A stretch of 64,000 nt of DNA, taken from the NCBI GenBank assembly GCA_964016885.1, contig OZ024743.1:157542001-157606000 (forward strand). Direction: 5' to 3'. Shown piece after piece: positions 39,797-52,191 of the stretch. This DNA is from Eledone cirrhosa (Eukaryota). The number at the start of each line of letters is the position of its first letter. Position 1 is the stretch's first letter. Under the pieces are notes generated by a model. That model was not told the DNA's origin. It did no database searches and was given only the letters and a program-made list of their open reading frames with translations. The translations under genes and the position numbers were made by a program.

Positions 39797-40197
39797 TAAT
39801 ATAGAAAGGCTTCTACAGGACTAGAACTGTTTCATTTGGGAGAAATCATCAGGAAGCCCTCTTTTTTTAAATAGGCCTGGAATGGTGTGTTGGCTCTACG
39901 AAATTTAATATCTCTGATCATCTTGAAGAGGTCTTCCTCAAATCGTTCAAGTTGTTGGGTGGTGCCTTATTCGTTTTGAAACCGAACTTCTCACCATTGG
40001 TAGATACTACATCAGGGTGGTCAAAGAAGAAGGCTCTCCATCTAATTCACTTAATGAACTCGTCTGTATGTCTGATGAGTGTTTTTAAGTATTGTTTCCT
40101 TGAAGGGATCGGGATGTTCATCATGGAGACATCGAGGGTTCCTGATGATTTCTCCCGAATGAAACAGTTCTAGTCCTGCAGAAGCTTTTCTATATTA
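39797..40197 (-). mobile_element. Internally deleted Naiad-type PLE: N-terminal ORF fragment between inverted hammerhead-bearing ends
   Basis: Minus 40121-39877 reads MNIPIPSRKQYLKTLI...IRWRAFFF...FGFKTNKAPP / FEEDLFKMIRDIKFR; hammerheads at 39808-39858 (-) and 40136-40186 (+). Confidence 0.7.
39808..39858 (-). ncRNA. Type I hammerhead ribozyme-like motif (family C)
   Basis: GGCUUC-CUGAUGA-UUUCUCCCAAAU-GAAACAG-loop-CUGUA-GAAGCC: 6-bp stem I, 4-bp stem III, GUA site. Confidence 0.7.
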
Positions 40198-40261
<64 letters not shown>

Positions 40262-40264
<3 letters not shown>

Positions 40265-40706
40265 AGGAGGTTATAGTTCACTTGAAGCATTGTGTAATGA
40301 GGTATAACCGTTTGAATATGTGTAATAAAGCCAAAACAATGCAGGTATGGACATAGAAGAAAGAATGCAATTGTAAAAGATATTGTTGACAATTCGTCCT
40401 TTACCTTAGATTTATTTAAATGTCCTTAATTTTCGAGATAATATCTCTTCTTCAGAAGAGATAGAACATTAGAGATAGAACAGATTCTCTATACTATTTC
40501 CTGTCAGCATGGCTTGGCAAGATATTTAGAACGCTGGTTTGAGACCTTTATTTCCCTCTGAAGAAGAGATATTATCTCGAAAATTAAGGACATTTAAATA
40601 AATCTAAGGTAAAGGACGAATTGTCAACAATATCTTTTACAATTGCATTCTTTTTTCTATGTCCATACCTGCATTGTTTTGGATTTATTACACATATTCA
40701 AACGTT
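40262..40706. repeat. Fold-back palindrome (~150-bp arms) with a minimal hammerhead-like core (plus copy 40553-40590)
   Basis: CCU-CUGAAGA-A-GAGAU-AUU-AUCUC-GAAAAUUA-AGG; left arm has an extra tail; flanked by (TA)n. Confidence 0.65.
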
Positions 40707-40804
40707 TATATATATATATAGGATAGTAAAAATACAACAACACACAGGGGTACAAGTTACGAAAGGTATTTGGTTCACGCATAGTGAGTGCGGGGTGTGT
40801 GTGT

Positions 40805-40886
<82 letters not shown>

Positions 40887-41559
40887 ACACACACATATAT
40901 ATATATTGGGGAATTTAGATCGATTTAATGCCAGAGGCATTAATGCAATCTTCGAATATCGCTTTCTATACTATTGTTCAACAGCAACCAAGAAGGTGGG
41001 TACCTCGCTCTGGAGAACATCATAGTAACTCGGTCCTAAGAAAGCGGTACCCATATAGAATAATCAGGCGGGTAACAATCAAAGAAGTTTAAGAATTCCA
41101 ATAGTTTAACTAAGAGAGGGTTACAATACTTACAATACCATCACCTGAATCAAAATATTTTAGTTGACCAAAATATTTAGGTTTTGACGCCCGAAAAAAT
41201 ATGCCAACCACCAGTATTGAAAATTGATTTTTGGCAAATTAGAAATACAACAGGCAGATCTACTGATTGCCAATATATTCCAGTCGACATCGAGGTAAGT
41301 TTTGTGACTGTTATCGACCATTATCTTACAAGAAAGAGGCTATTGGGGTGTTTGGATGGATGATGCTAAATGTAGCAGCAGCTAATTCGGCCAATCCAAA
41401 GCAACCCAAGCAGTCAGGTTACGGTGCAGGGAGTAAATTAATTATAATGGGGAATTTAGTTCGATCTAATGCCTGAAGTACAGAAGCCTTCGCAATTATG
41501 CGATCTTGCTTCGTTTATCACTGCTCGACGGAAGCGTTGCCACGTAGGTGGATAGTTCG

Positions 41560-41616
<57 letters not shown>

Positions 41617-41618
<2 letters not shown>

Positions 41619-41781
41619 ACAAAGAAAGTTTGGTAAGATACCAGGTGGACCATAACGCACCAGAGTACTTGATACTTAGGGTAGTAAAGTGGGTAATAGG
41701 AAAAGAGTCAGGACCCCGACGGCTGGGGTCCGACCGTTTCAACAGCTAGATCTGATCTAGCTGTTGAAAGGGCCGTCGGGA
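41617..41781. mobile_element. Very short family-A pLTR remnant with terminal fold-back
   Basis: ggaccataacgcaccagagtac tail; tttcaacagctagatctgatctagctgttgaaa hairpin; flanked by (TA)n. Confidence 0.7.
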
Positions 41782-41954
41782 TATATATATATAATTAGGA
41801 TTTAGCTTCACGCATAGCTGTATACAGATATCTATTGGAATTTCATATTTTCTAAAGAAAGACAGTATGTTTATAGGGAAACTTTTAGAAATCCGTAGCA
41901 ATGCAAAAATCCCTGGGGGGCTATCGCCCTCTGGTGGGGTCCAGAATAAGCAAG

Positions 41955-42059
41955 GGGGACAATCCTCGATGCATTTCGAACCTAACTAGTTCTCAAGAGT
42001 GGGAGGGACCGTCTTGATGAGAACCAGTTAAGTTCGAAATGCATCGATGATTGTTCCCC
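41955..42059. repeat. Short palindrome with a minimal hammerhead-like core (42010-42049 +)
   Basis: CGUC-UUGAUGA-GAAC..GUUC-GAAA-UGCA-UC-GAUG. Confidence 0.65.
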
Positions 42060-42064
42060 GACAT

Positions 42065-43050
42065 ACATACAAGGAACTCCTTGAAAGATACTCTCTGCAT
42101 AATTATCAAATTTCACACCCAGGGAAATATCCTAACAATACCACAGCGAATGCATGGATGAAAAACTGCATGCTTACCGTGCATGGATATGTTGCCAGGA
42201 AGCTCCAGATTGGGAGTAATATAAATAAGCAAAGTAGTATAACTTCGACCAAAACTTCTATATTGGCTCCCAATTTGAAGTATATACTTTTGCAATCCAA
42301 GAACAGGAAATCAACACAACAAACCTGATTCACAAAAGAGATAGGGATGCAGGAAAAATACCTAGATGTGACAAATGCAGACTCTGCAGAATTAAGATCA
42401 AAGATGTTACCCATGTCATAAGCAGCTGTCAAAAGATGTCATCACGGTACTGTCCATCTATGAGGCATGATGTAGTAGCAAGACACTGTACAATGCAATC
42501 CATAGAAAAGATAGTCCCGACAATAAACATATTAAAAGCTACAGCAATGTGGAAGATATACATAATATGAAATAGTACTGGTGGAATGTTCCAGCCAAAA
42601 CTCCAATAAAATGCAAGCATAAGAGACCAGATATAATGATAAGGGACATGGAAAAGAAGGCATGCACAGTAGTGGAAGTTAGCTGCCCAGCAGATGCCAA
42701 TATTTTATCAAAGATCAACGAAAAGGAGAATATTTATGCAGAACTAATAAGAAATCTGCAGATACTCCACACTGACTATACCTTCAGATTTATACCTGTG
42801 ATTATTGGGACACTAGGATATGTTAGTAACTGCCTCAGTACAAATCTTGAGAAGCTGGGCTTCACAAAAACAGAAAGTACATGACTAGTTAGGAAATTAC
42901 AAGAACAATCCATTAATGGAACAGTAAGAATATGTAAAACACTCCAAATATTCTGTATCGAATAAGTGCATGTACATATGAACAGATACACATCTTATGC
43001 ACATCACACATATAACTCAAAACATACACATCGACACATACAATAACATC
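42065..43050 (+). mobile_element. Degraded RLE-type (R4/Dong-like) retrotransposon 3' fragment, different family
   Basis: KCRLCR..KDVTHVISSC, HDVVA, KHKRPDIMIRD..VVEVSCPAD, FIPVIIGTLG. Confidence 0.8.
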
Positions 43051-43058
43051 TATACTCG

Positions 43059-43882
43059 TTGTTTAAAGCAATTTATTGGTTATGGTTAGTGTTGATTAGT
43101 AACAGCCATTGTTGGTGGTGCTTAGTACTAGTTGATAATAGGTGTGTTGGTGTTGGATAGTTGTGGCTGAGCTGTCAAATCTGTTGCTCAGAAAGTCGAT
43201 TGGATGTGATGCCCTGGGAAAATGTAATGCGGAAAACGTCTTTGTTTTTGAAGACATGCAGACATGCAGACATATCTACCTATGATGTTGTTTAAATTCC
43301 TATGAGAGTCTTGTATCTATGTTAGAAATCGACTCTCTCTCTCTCTATTGGTAAACATTTATAAAGTTATTAATCCAGAAGAACATACATACTACTTCTG
43401 TGCATAGTTATGTTATTCTTCTTAATACATATCTATCTATCATCTTTTCATATCTTTTTATTTAACTAGTTTTACTTCTTTATCATTCCCTCATGATAGC
43501 ACTCGTTTTATGTTTACTTAATGTTTGAAAACTTCCCACCATTATGTTTCTTCCTTCATTAATTCTTATATCTAGTCACCAAATGCTCTAAAATAAATAG
43601 AATGTAATTAATTACCCAGTAAAAACACTCTGACCCATTCCCTTACTTTTGTTCACGACCGATATAGTTTTAACATAGTTTTGTACTTCCAAAACAAAGA
43701 TGTTTTCGGCATTACATTTTCTCAAGGCATCAGATCCACATCGACTTTCTGAACAACACATTTGACAGCTCAGCCACAACTATCCAACACAAAATCACCT
43801 ATTATCAACTGGTACTAAGCACCACCAACAATGACTGTCATTAATCAGCACTAAACATAACCAATAAATTGCATTAAACAAC
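43059..43882. repeat. Inverted repeat pair (~43059-43253 / ~43686-43882) with ~430-bp spacer
   Basis: ggatagttgtggctgagctgtcaaat vs atttgacagctcagccacaactatcc and flanks. Confidence 0.85.
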
Positions 43883-44102
43883 ACCAACAACACTACTCAA
43901 ACCACGATTAAACATGACCATTATAACATAAGTAACATCGAACACACTTCCCTATCAAACCCACTAACTACCACACGACACTAACAACAACACAAACCAA
44001 CACTAACTATCATCACAACACAATACCACAACTACGAGCCAACGCTAACCATCACAAGCAGCTATGATCACTAAAGGTGACAATAATGTTATTATCATTA
44101 TC

Positions 44103-44214
<112 letters not shown>

Positions 44215-44312
44215 AATGAGTTATATGGTTTGTTGATTATTATTCAACAGAGTTAATTTTATAACAGATTTGAAGCACTCTACATGTTTTATCTGGAGTA
44301 TTATTAATATTC

Positions 44313-45025
44313 ATAAATGGAAAATATCTTTATAATACCATATTTATTTTATTATACATATTTCAAGGACACTAAATTTTAGTGTGCTTTCATCAGATAA
44401 AATATAATATTTGGTGTTAAGATATTGACATACCTTAGCGTAAACTTAATAGTATAATCCCGCTATCAACGGGCTTATACTATTAAGTTTACGCTAAGGT
44501 GTGTCAATAAAGGGAAGCGTGCGGGACTGCGTCAAGAATATTTTTTTTATCCCGTTTGTAAAATAAGTTGGATTACTTTGAATAAATAATGAATGAATAT
44601 TACATAATTTATCTACTAAATTTCGTAGCCCTTGATTAAATACATTTTATTGCTTATTTAAAGATTCACTTCTTTAACATTTCTAAATGTCAACACTTCC
44701 GGTTTTCGATCACTTAAATAAACATTCATATATTTCCGTCACTAAATTTCTCCTAATGCAGTTTATATATAATATCGTCTTTTTTTAATGTATCATGGAT
44801 TACTTTAGTGATTTCATAATAGAGTGTAACGCAGTCTTCGTACAATTTCTGTGTATATTGTCAGTTACGATTTTATTTGATGTATCATATCTACATGCAT
44901 ATATACTTGCGTATAATATCAATATGCACACTACATATGCTAGCAGAAAACCACCCGAAAGGTGGCTTTTCTGCTAGTACGTATAATAAAGTAAATATGG
45001 TATTATAAAGATATTTTCCATTTAT
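44313..45025. repeat. Nested inverted repeats: outer arms 44313-44358 / 44981-45025, inner hairpin 44423-44509
   Basis: ataaatggaaaatatctttataataccatatt vs its reverse complement; tattgacataccttagcgtaaac...gtttacgctaaggtgtgtcaata. Confidence 0.8.
44550..44977 (+). mobile_element. Non-autonomous Helitron-like repeat
   Basis: 3' hairpin ccacc-cgaaa-ggtgg then CTAG|T; second copy at 25256-25830. Confidence 0.55.
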
Positions 45026-45239
45026 TAATATTGTTAATATATATATGTATATATATATATTAACAATATTAATAAATGGTCATATATATATATATATACA
45101 CATAGAGAGAGAGAGAGAGAGAGGGAGGGAGAGAGAGGGGGGGGCGAGGGAGGGAGAGAGAGGGGGGCGAGGGAGGGAGAGAGAGAGAGGGGGTGAAATT
45201 GGAAATACCACGTAAAATATATTTACGAGTCTGCTTTTC

Positions 45240-45680
45240 TTTTTTTTTTCTTTCTTCAAAGTGACATTATTGAAAAAATGAGAGGGACAATTCTTTTAAA
45301 AATGAGTTTTATAATGTTTATAAAGTGTATAAAGTATAACCGGTTTCGATGTAAAATTCATCTTATCAAATGTTGAGTATTACAATTAAAAAGAATTAAT
45401 AATAAATACAAAATAAAAATTAAAGATTTAAAATTAAATGTTGAGGTGAAGATGAAAAATACTTACCTCAACAATTAATTTTAAATCTTTAATTTTTAGT
45501 TTTTAATTTTTATTAATTCTTTTTAATTGTAGTACTCAACATGAATGTTACTTAAACATTGAAACAGGTAATACTTTATATACTTTATATACATTATAAA
45601 ACTCTTTTTTTTTTAAATTGTCCCTCTCATTTTTTTTCAATAATGTCACTGGCGAATCAAAGAAGAAAAAAAAAAGAAAA
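45240..45680. repeat. AT-rich fold-back palindrome (~210-bp arms) with a decayed hammerhead-like core
   Basis: gtgacattattgaaaaaatgagagggacaat vs attgtccctctcattttttttcaataatgtcac; minus strand UUGAUAA-GAUG..CAUC-GAAACCGGUUA at ~45336-45370. Confidence 0.75.
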
Positions 45681-45741
45681 ACAGACCCTTAAATATATTT
45701 TCCGTGCTATTTCCAATTTCACCTTTTCTCTATAACCACTG

Positions 45742-45820
<79 letters not shown>

Positions 45821-45832
45821 ACATAAATACAT

Positions 45833-45865
<33 letters not shown>

Positions 45866-46534
45866 GCGAAACAGAGAGACCTATCCCACTAAAAAATTCC
45901 TCATTACATCTTCCTTCCCATCTCCACATATAATAAGCCTAGCAAAACCACATGCAGAATTCTACTTAACACAATTTTCCAAACACCCACACAAATGCTA
46001 CATGTAAATAGCCCTACCCAGGCGCAAACAACAACAAAAACATTTTGACTAACAGACTATAACATAAATAAGAAACTACAACAAAATATAATAAAGTCAG
46101 TATTCAAGAAAGGAATTTACTAGAAATAAAATCACAGAACCAACCGCTGAAGGACAGAATTAATTTCGTATGATTATGTGGAAATAGTGTGTGTATGCAT
46201 GTGCGCATGCATACACACATAATCTGAAATATATATGTGTATATATATATATATGTGTGCGTGTGCGTGTATTATGCATATATATATATATATGTTTATA
46301 TATATATATATATATATATATATCTATATATATATATATGTGTGTGTGTGTATGTGTGTATGTATGTATATATATATATATAAACTATATGTGTGTATAC
46401 ATATATATATATATATTTGTGTGCGTGTCTGTGATTGTTTGTATGTTTATGTATATATGCATGTATATAATGTGGACTAGGAAGTAGGAAAAATTAGGCA
46501 ATATTTGCCTAATTTTTCCTGAGCAATTTTTGCT

Positions 46535-46890
46535 CTCAGCGATATGATCGGAAAATCATCACGAACCTTCACTGAACCTAATTTTATTAAATACTGTATT
46601 TTAAGAGATAGTGAAATTATTCAGGGAAAAATGTTTGGAAAGTATTTGTTTGTCCCCTAACTGTTGCCAATCGCATCACTGATTTAGCTTCTAAAATTAT
46701 TCTCAAGTGAGGTGGCTCAGTCAGGGGAATATTTTGAAGAAGTGATCGCTTTTACATAAAAATTGGAATGTTTTTGGCATTAAAGGGAACAGATATTTCC
46801 AAGTTACCTGATCCAATCTTTGCCTCTAAACTTGCATTCCTCACTGATTTCACTGGCCACCTTAACGTTCTAATCTTGAAGCTCTAGGGC
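46535..46890 (+). mobile_element. hAT (Charlie/Buster-type) transposase remnant
   Basis: IGKSSRTFTEPNFIKYC, TVANRITDLAS, VRWLSQGNILK, LAFLTDFTGHLNVLILKL*G. Confidence 0.75.
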
Positions 46891-46905
46891 CCGCGGAATG
46901 TTATA

Positions 46906-47000
46906 ATTGTTTCTACATTTGGCACAAGGCCAGCAAGTACCCCAGTGCATTACTGCTTTATTTTATCGACCCCTTAAAATTGGCAAAGCCAACCTCGGCA
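46906..47000 (-). mobile_element. Nin/Deu-domain SINE 3' fragment
   Basis: gtttctacatttggcacaaggccagcaa...ttttatcgacccc. Confidence 0.75.
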
Positions 47001-47440
47001 ATAGTGATGTACGACAGCGTGATAAATTTAACAAAAGAAAAAACGGAATTAACGAAAATTTGAATGTTTGTCTCCCTAATTTTTGTACTAATTCACATAC
47101 CTCACTTACTATCATACGTGCATTCATTTTGACGAAAATATTTAAATAGCAGCCTATCAGCTGTGTGGCAGATTAACATTGCTACTTGTGGAAATCGCTC
47201 CCACCTCATATCTGACTTTTGACCCACTGTGCCTCTCCCTCGGATAGTAACGGCCCTTTTTTGTCCTTAATTTTGAATCGTCAGGTATAGTCGATAAAAT
47301 AACAATACATTTTGATCGCAAAATATGAAAGACAAAGTCGATTACGATCGTATTTGATCTGATAACATAAAGGTAGCTAAACAAATATCGTAAAGTCTTT
47401 TGCCTGCAATTCTACGGATATGCCGTAATAGAATTAATAA

Positions 47441-47776
47441 TCTATATATCTAAACAGAGAATTTTTTCAAACTTTACACATGTAATACTTATGGTCGTGT
47501 GAGTGTTTTGAGCAAAAATATTTCAAATTTTCAATACCATAGGGACTGCATTAGGCGCCGGTTAGCGATCTCTTTCTCTCTCTCTCAAGGCCAGCAATTA
47601 CATAGTCAACGGTTCGGAAATCACATGCATCTCTGATGAGTTTACTCCTTACTCTACCAGTTAGTCTTAATGTACTTCGTCCTGCTTTTAGGTCATGCCT
47701 GTACTGTTTCAGAAAGGAGGGATAAACATGCCAATCTATGTTTAGAATCCCGAGCAACGCCGGGCCATTCTGCTAG
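47441..47776 (+). mobile_element. Non-autonomous Helitron with both termini
   Basis: A|TCTATATATCTAAA 5' end; cccg-agcaacgc-cggg hairpin 8 nt before CTAG|T; no target-site duplication. Confidence 0.75.
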
Positions 47777-49689
47777 TACTAATTATAATTAGATTAAGCG
47801 TATTCCTACAGAATGTCATTCTAAGACCTATCATGGTGCGGTATGTCCTGCAGTATTTGTTCTGGATCTTTAGTTTATGAATTTATACTGTGGCCTACTT
47901 GGGTAATAAATTTAATCCGTTTCCCAGTTTAACACCAACACTTCGTGGTCGTTGGATGCTTTTTTCCAGAGTCCAACCTGTTGCAAGCATTTGAGCCATG
48001 TATCCGTTTTGAGTATATCTTCTTACCTTCCTTCCATCAAAATGTGTGACTCTGAAAAAGGTCATTCTCACTGCTATCCATCCTGACTACGTGAAAGAGA
48101 AATCACACTGGCAAACTTTTATGTTTTTATGTCCAATACCCGCCCAAATTTTATAAAGAAGCATAAGATAAACAAATTTACAACGACATGGCGTTTCAGA
48201 ATGCAGAGCTAAATGAGGTCCTTTCCATCGTGACACAACATTAAAGCTTTCTCTACAGAAATTATCGAAGCATGTATCAAAATGGAATATGCAATATTAC
48301 TGCAGATTGCGACAAGTTTAGCAAATTTAGAAAATACGAATAAATCTAACAGAGCTGGATCTTTTATACAGCGGAAACATTCACATTAATATGGAATACT
48401 AGCAGGAGAAAAGTGATAGAAACACACCTCAAAATCCCAAAGATTGACAGTATATTCACACTCTCGGATTTGTTAGCACACACTGTCAGGAAATATTATT
48501 CTCAAAGCTAAGAAGAGAAAAATGCCTGCTAACCAAAATACCATAATAAAATATCATAGAAATAATATCTATCCTAATGTATTAAGCCAAAAATAGAAAT
48601 ATACAGTATGTGAAATTAAAAGCACAGACATCCCCTAATAAAATAGATATATTGTACATAAAGCTCAGATTTATGTACATCAGATTTATGTACCTCAGAT
48701 TTATGTACCTCAGAATTATAGCCTCGAACAGCCAACCAGGGCTTCCCGTATCTTGGTTAATTTTATCGGCTTTTCGCAGCACTCCGCATCAGTCGCTGAA
48801 AAGCGTGGCAGGCGTCGTGGTAGGAATTATAGTCGGCTACCTTTTCTGTCTCCCCACTTGTCACGAAATTTCGTAAAAAGGCAGCCGAGAAACCACACAC
48901 ATCTGCTTGGAATCGAACAGCACACGCCCGTCTGGATCCGTCAAAAACCGAAATGTAGCTTTATTACCATGCTGCACCTCTGCCACTCGGACCCATTGAA
49001 CTGTTCTCGTTCCCTCATTTCACAGAGCAAACACCTTAGCTGTGACAATGTAACCTTTGCATTGCCACTCCTATTCAACTCTTCTAATTTAGTTACCAAC
49101 TTTCCAGCCTCTCTATTTTCCTATCGCTACTTTTTTTACCAAAAGCTATTGATTCTATTCTAATTGCTCTCTTGTGAGCGCGGTACTACCAGTTGTTGAC
49201 GAGTGTTCCTGTCAACTGGTGCTTAACTAATATGCTATTCCAGTTGCTATAGGATTTACGTGCCGGGAATGATGCCTTAAACTCCCTGTCTACATGTTCT
49301 ATCTGGGTTGACAATGCAGATCACAAAATTGTGGACACCCATTGTTTGTTCTATCTGCTAACCGAATCAAACACCTATCCAAATACCATGTAAAGGACAC
49401 TATGTCATTAGTTCGACTCCACACTGACGTATTCGAGAAATCTAGTCGATAACAGTCAGACATTTAGAAGAGGCAGATGAAGCTTGCAAGGCTTTTGCAA
49501 CCCCCAACTTCTATCAACTAATCCCACACAGTACATTTATTCCGCTAACAGTAAATGGCAAGACGTTCCAAGAAAGTCTTCCTGACGCCTGTGGAAATCT
49601 CACCGCTATTGCTCATATCCAGGTTCACCAACTTACGGTCTGGGCCCAAGAAGATTGTCCGTACCTCAAGATCCAGATTCTTTTTCTCT

Positions 49690-52122
49690 TAACAGCACTG
49701 CCTTCCATTCCAGGCCGACTAAAATATACCTAAATCTTAAGGTCGTCAGAAATGCAGGCTAGAATGCGCGTGTCAGAAATTGTGATCTCGCTGACGGCAG
49801 TCACATCTGTAGCTAGTGACCTGAGGTCGTTGAGAAAGCGACCTTGCTTCCAGAACAACCTTAGCCCACTTAAATGCTGGCAGTCTAGAGTTAAAAAAAG
49901 AAATGGGTGGGCTGCTTACGCTCCTGGTGCAGTTAGGGATCGGGTGGATCGATTTCCATATCTGGTTGGGGCTCCTTTGTGAATGTCTATAAAAACCTAC
50001 TGGTGACCTTTATATTAGGGGTTTCCACGTCGTAAAGGAAGCTATCCTGAATGTTTTTTTATATTTTTCAAGAGACATGTAGATCATTGTTAGTGTTTCT
50101 GGTACTTTCAATGTGCTGGCTTCAAGTATCTCCCTCTCTCTTGATATCTGCACTACGTGTTTTTGATTTGCTTTCCTCAGTAATACCAGTTTGGTTTGCG
50201 TGGTTGTTTCTTGTTTTGTCTGTATGCTTTCATTTTGTTCTGGTTATTTTTGGTTATAGTAACGTTGCTGGTAATGTCAAAAGTGGTTGAGTTGTTAGCT
50301 GGGGGTTGTTGAGTTGGTGTTGCTGCAGCTGTGTCTCTGTTTGGTGTGCGTGTATGTTTTGAGTTTTCTGGGGTAGGTGTTGGTGTATGGCAGAGTGTGT
50401 TGTTTGAGATTTTGTGTCTATTTCGCTTTTTGGATTTTGAGGTTCCTCTTATCCTTCACTGGGAGATGAGGAGGTGTTTTTGTCTGACAAAAGTGGGTAT
50501 GGAAGTACGTTTGTATTTTTGTGTGCGTATGTTTAGAGTGAGAGGGGGAAAGCTTTGTTTAAAGAGGCCCTGGGTGGTTTTCATGGTTCCTGCTGTTGTT
50601 TTTAGTGTTGGTGGTTCTATCGCTGCTGTTGCTGCTGCTATTGGTGATTATGTTGGAGTAGCTATTGTTTCTGGTGTTGTTGCTGCTCCTGTGCTTGTTG
50701 GTTGGCTTGGATGTTGATGTTGCTGTTTCTACCGAGGTTGGTGCTGCAGTTGTTGTTTTCTGTTGGGGTTGCTGTTGTGGATGTTGGGGTTCTGGTTTTG
50801 TTAGCAAAAGTGTCGTGGTTTACCGTTTTCTGGTGAAGGCAAAAATTTCTCAGGCGGTTTTTCTCTCTACATGAATGTCAACAAAGCTTTTTGCCTTCAA
50901 TGACCACGTTTAGAGCCACGCCATCTATTAAGTGAATGTGATCAGTGATGTTTCCTATCTTTTCTGGTTTGATATGCAGTAGGATTTCTAAACATATTCC
51001 CGATTAGTATTCCTTCTGGGTTCATCTGACTTCCAAGAGGGAGTCTCTACTCTCTTGTAAAACAGGCCAGGATCTACGAAATTACTAATCATCGCAGGAT
51101 TCGGGTCTGTTGACCCTTACAGTTCTTCTTCCTTTGTGCGAAGACTATAATGCTAATTGGCCTGTCCGAACAGGGATCACAGAATGTTTGACGGCCAGAA
51201 CTTTGGTATTGAAGATCACTGAAATGCCCGCCTATTGCTTTGATCCAGCGATATGATATACACCGGGCATAATTTATTTCAGTGTTCTTTCATATTTACT
51301 TTGTGGTGCCACTTCTGACCGTCTCGATTTTATAGATATAGTTCTGTAGAATCTTTTTTAATTTGCCAACAACTCGGGCGGACGGCTATTTCGCCTCTTG
51401 TATTCTGCCGTTTTATTAATTTGGTGGCTTGTGTCAAGTAGTCATTTATCTTTTTTATATCAATGTTGAATAATTCAGCTGCTTTTGCAGCCATAACTAC
51501 GAATGTTTTGTTATTGCTGTTGTTCCTGTTATAGTTGTTAATGTTCCTGTTGTTTTATTGTTGTTATAATAGATATTTTTTTTGTTTTTTTGTATTGTAT
51601 TCTTGTTGTTATCGTGCTGGGGTGTTGTTATTGTTGTTGTTGGTGGTGGTGGTGGTGGTGGTAGGGATGATGGTGGTGGTAGGGGCCTTGTCGTCTCGAT
51701 TGCTGACTTTGATAGTTGCAGGAAATTAAATACATGCATACCTACTGCTGTACGTGATTTTTGATTTTGGTTTTGGTCGCTGCTGTTGTTGTTGCTATTG
51801 TTTCTGTCGCTGCTGCTGTTGCTGCTGCTGTTGCTGCTGCTGTTGCTGCTGCCACTGCTGCTTCTGCTGGCGTTTCTTTTTCAACTTTAGCAGTTCCATT
51901 TTTGGAGAGCCCGTTGTTCATTTCGGTGGGGGAATTGTTGTCGTCCCTTTATCTTCTTTTTAAATATGGGTTTGAAAAACACAAACATTTAGCCCCTCAG
52001 GTATACACATATAGGGAAACCAACCGCTCCCATATGAAGAAAGTTGGCTTAGCTAAACAGCAATATATATTGTTTTAAAAATATGGTAACAATGAACTTA
52101 CTCACCGATGTGTAGGGAGACT
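49690..52122 (-). mobile_element. Degraded 5' half of a Tx1/L1 element (low-complexity ORF1 region and ORF2 start)
   Basis: Minus 49760-49885 reads WKQGRFLNDLRSL..DVTAVSEITISD, matching the ORF2 start at 55765; upstream CAA/CAG-rich region resembles 56000-57600. Confidence 0.6.
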
Positions 52123-52170
<48 letters not shown>

Positions 52171-52191
52171 CAACAACAGCAACAACAATAA

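Noticed and set aside
43200-43245. Hammerhead in the 43-kb inverted repeat
   Set aside because: Only CUGAUGC/GAAAA-like pieces; stems I and II could not be formed convincingly.
47780-49690. Possible host exons or LINE remnant
   Set aside because: No recognisable motifs or convincing splice pairs; left unannotated apart from a short ~14-bp triplication near 48665-48720.
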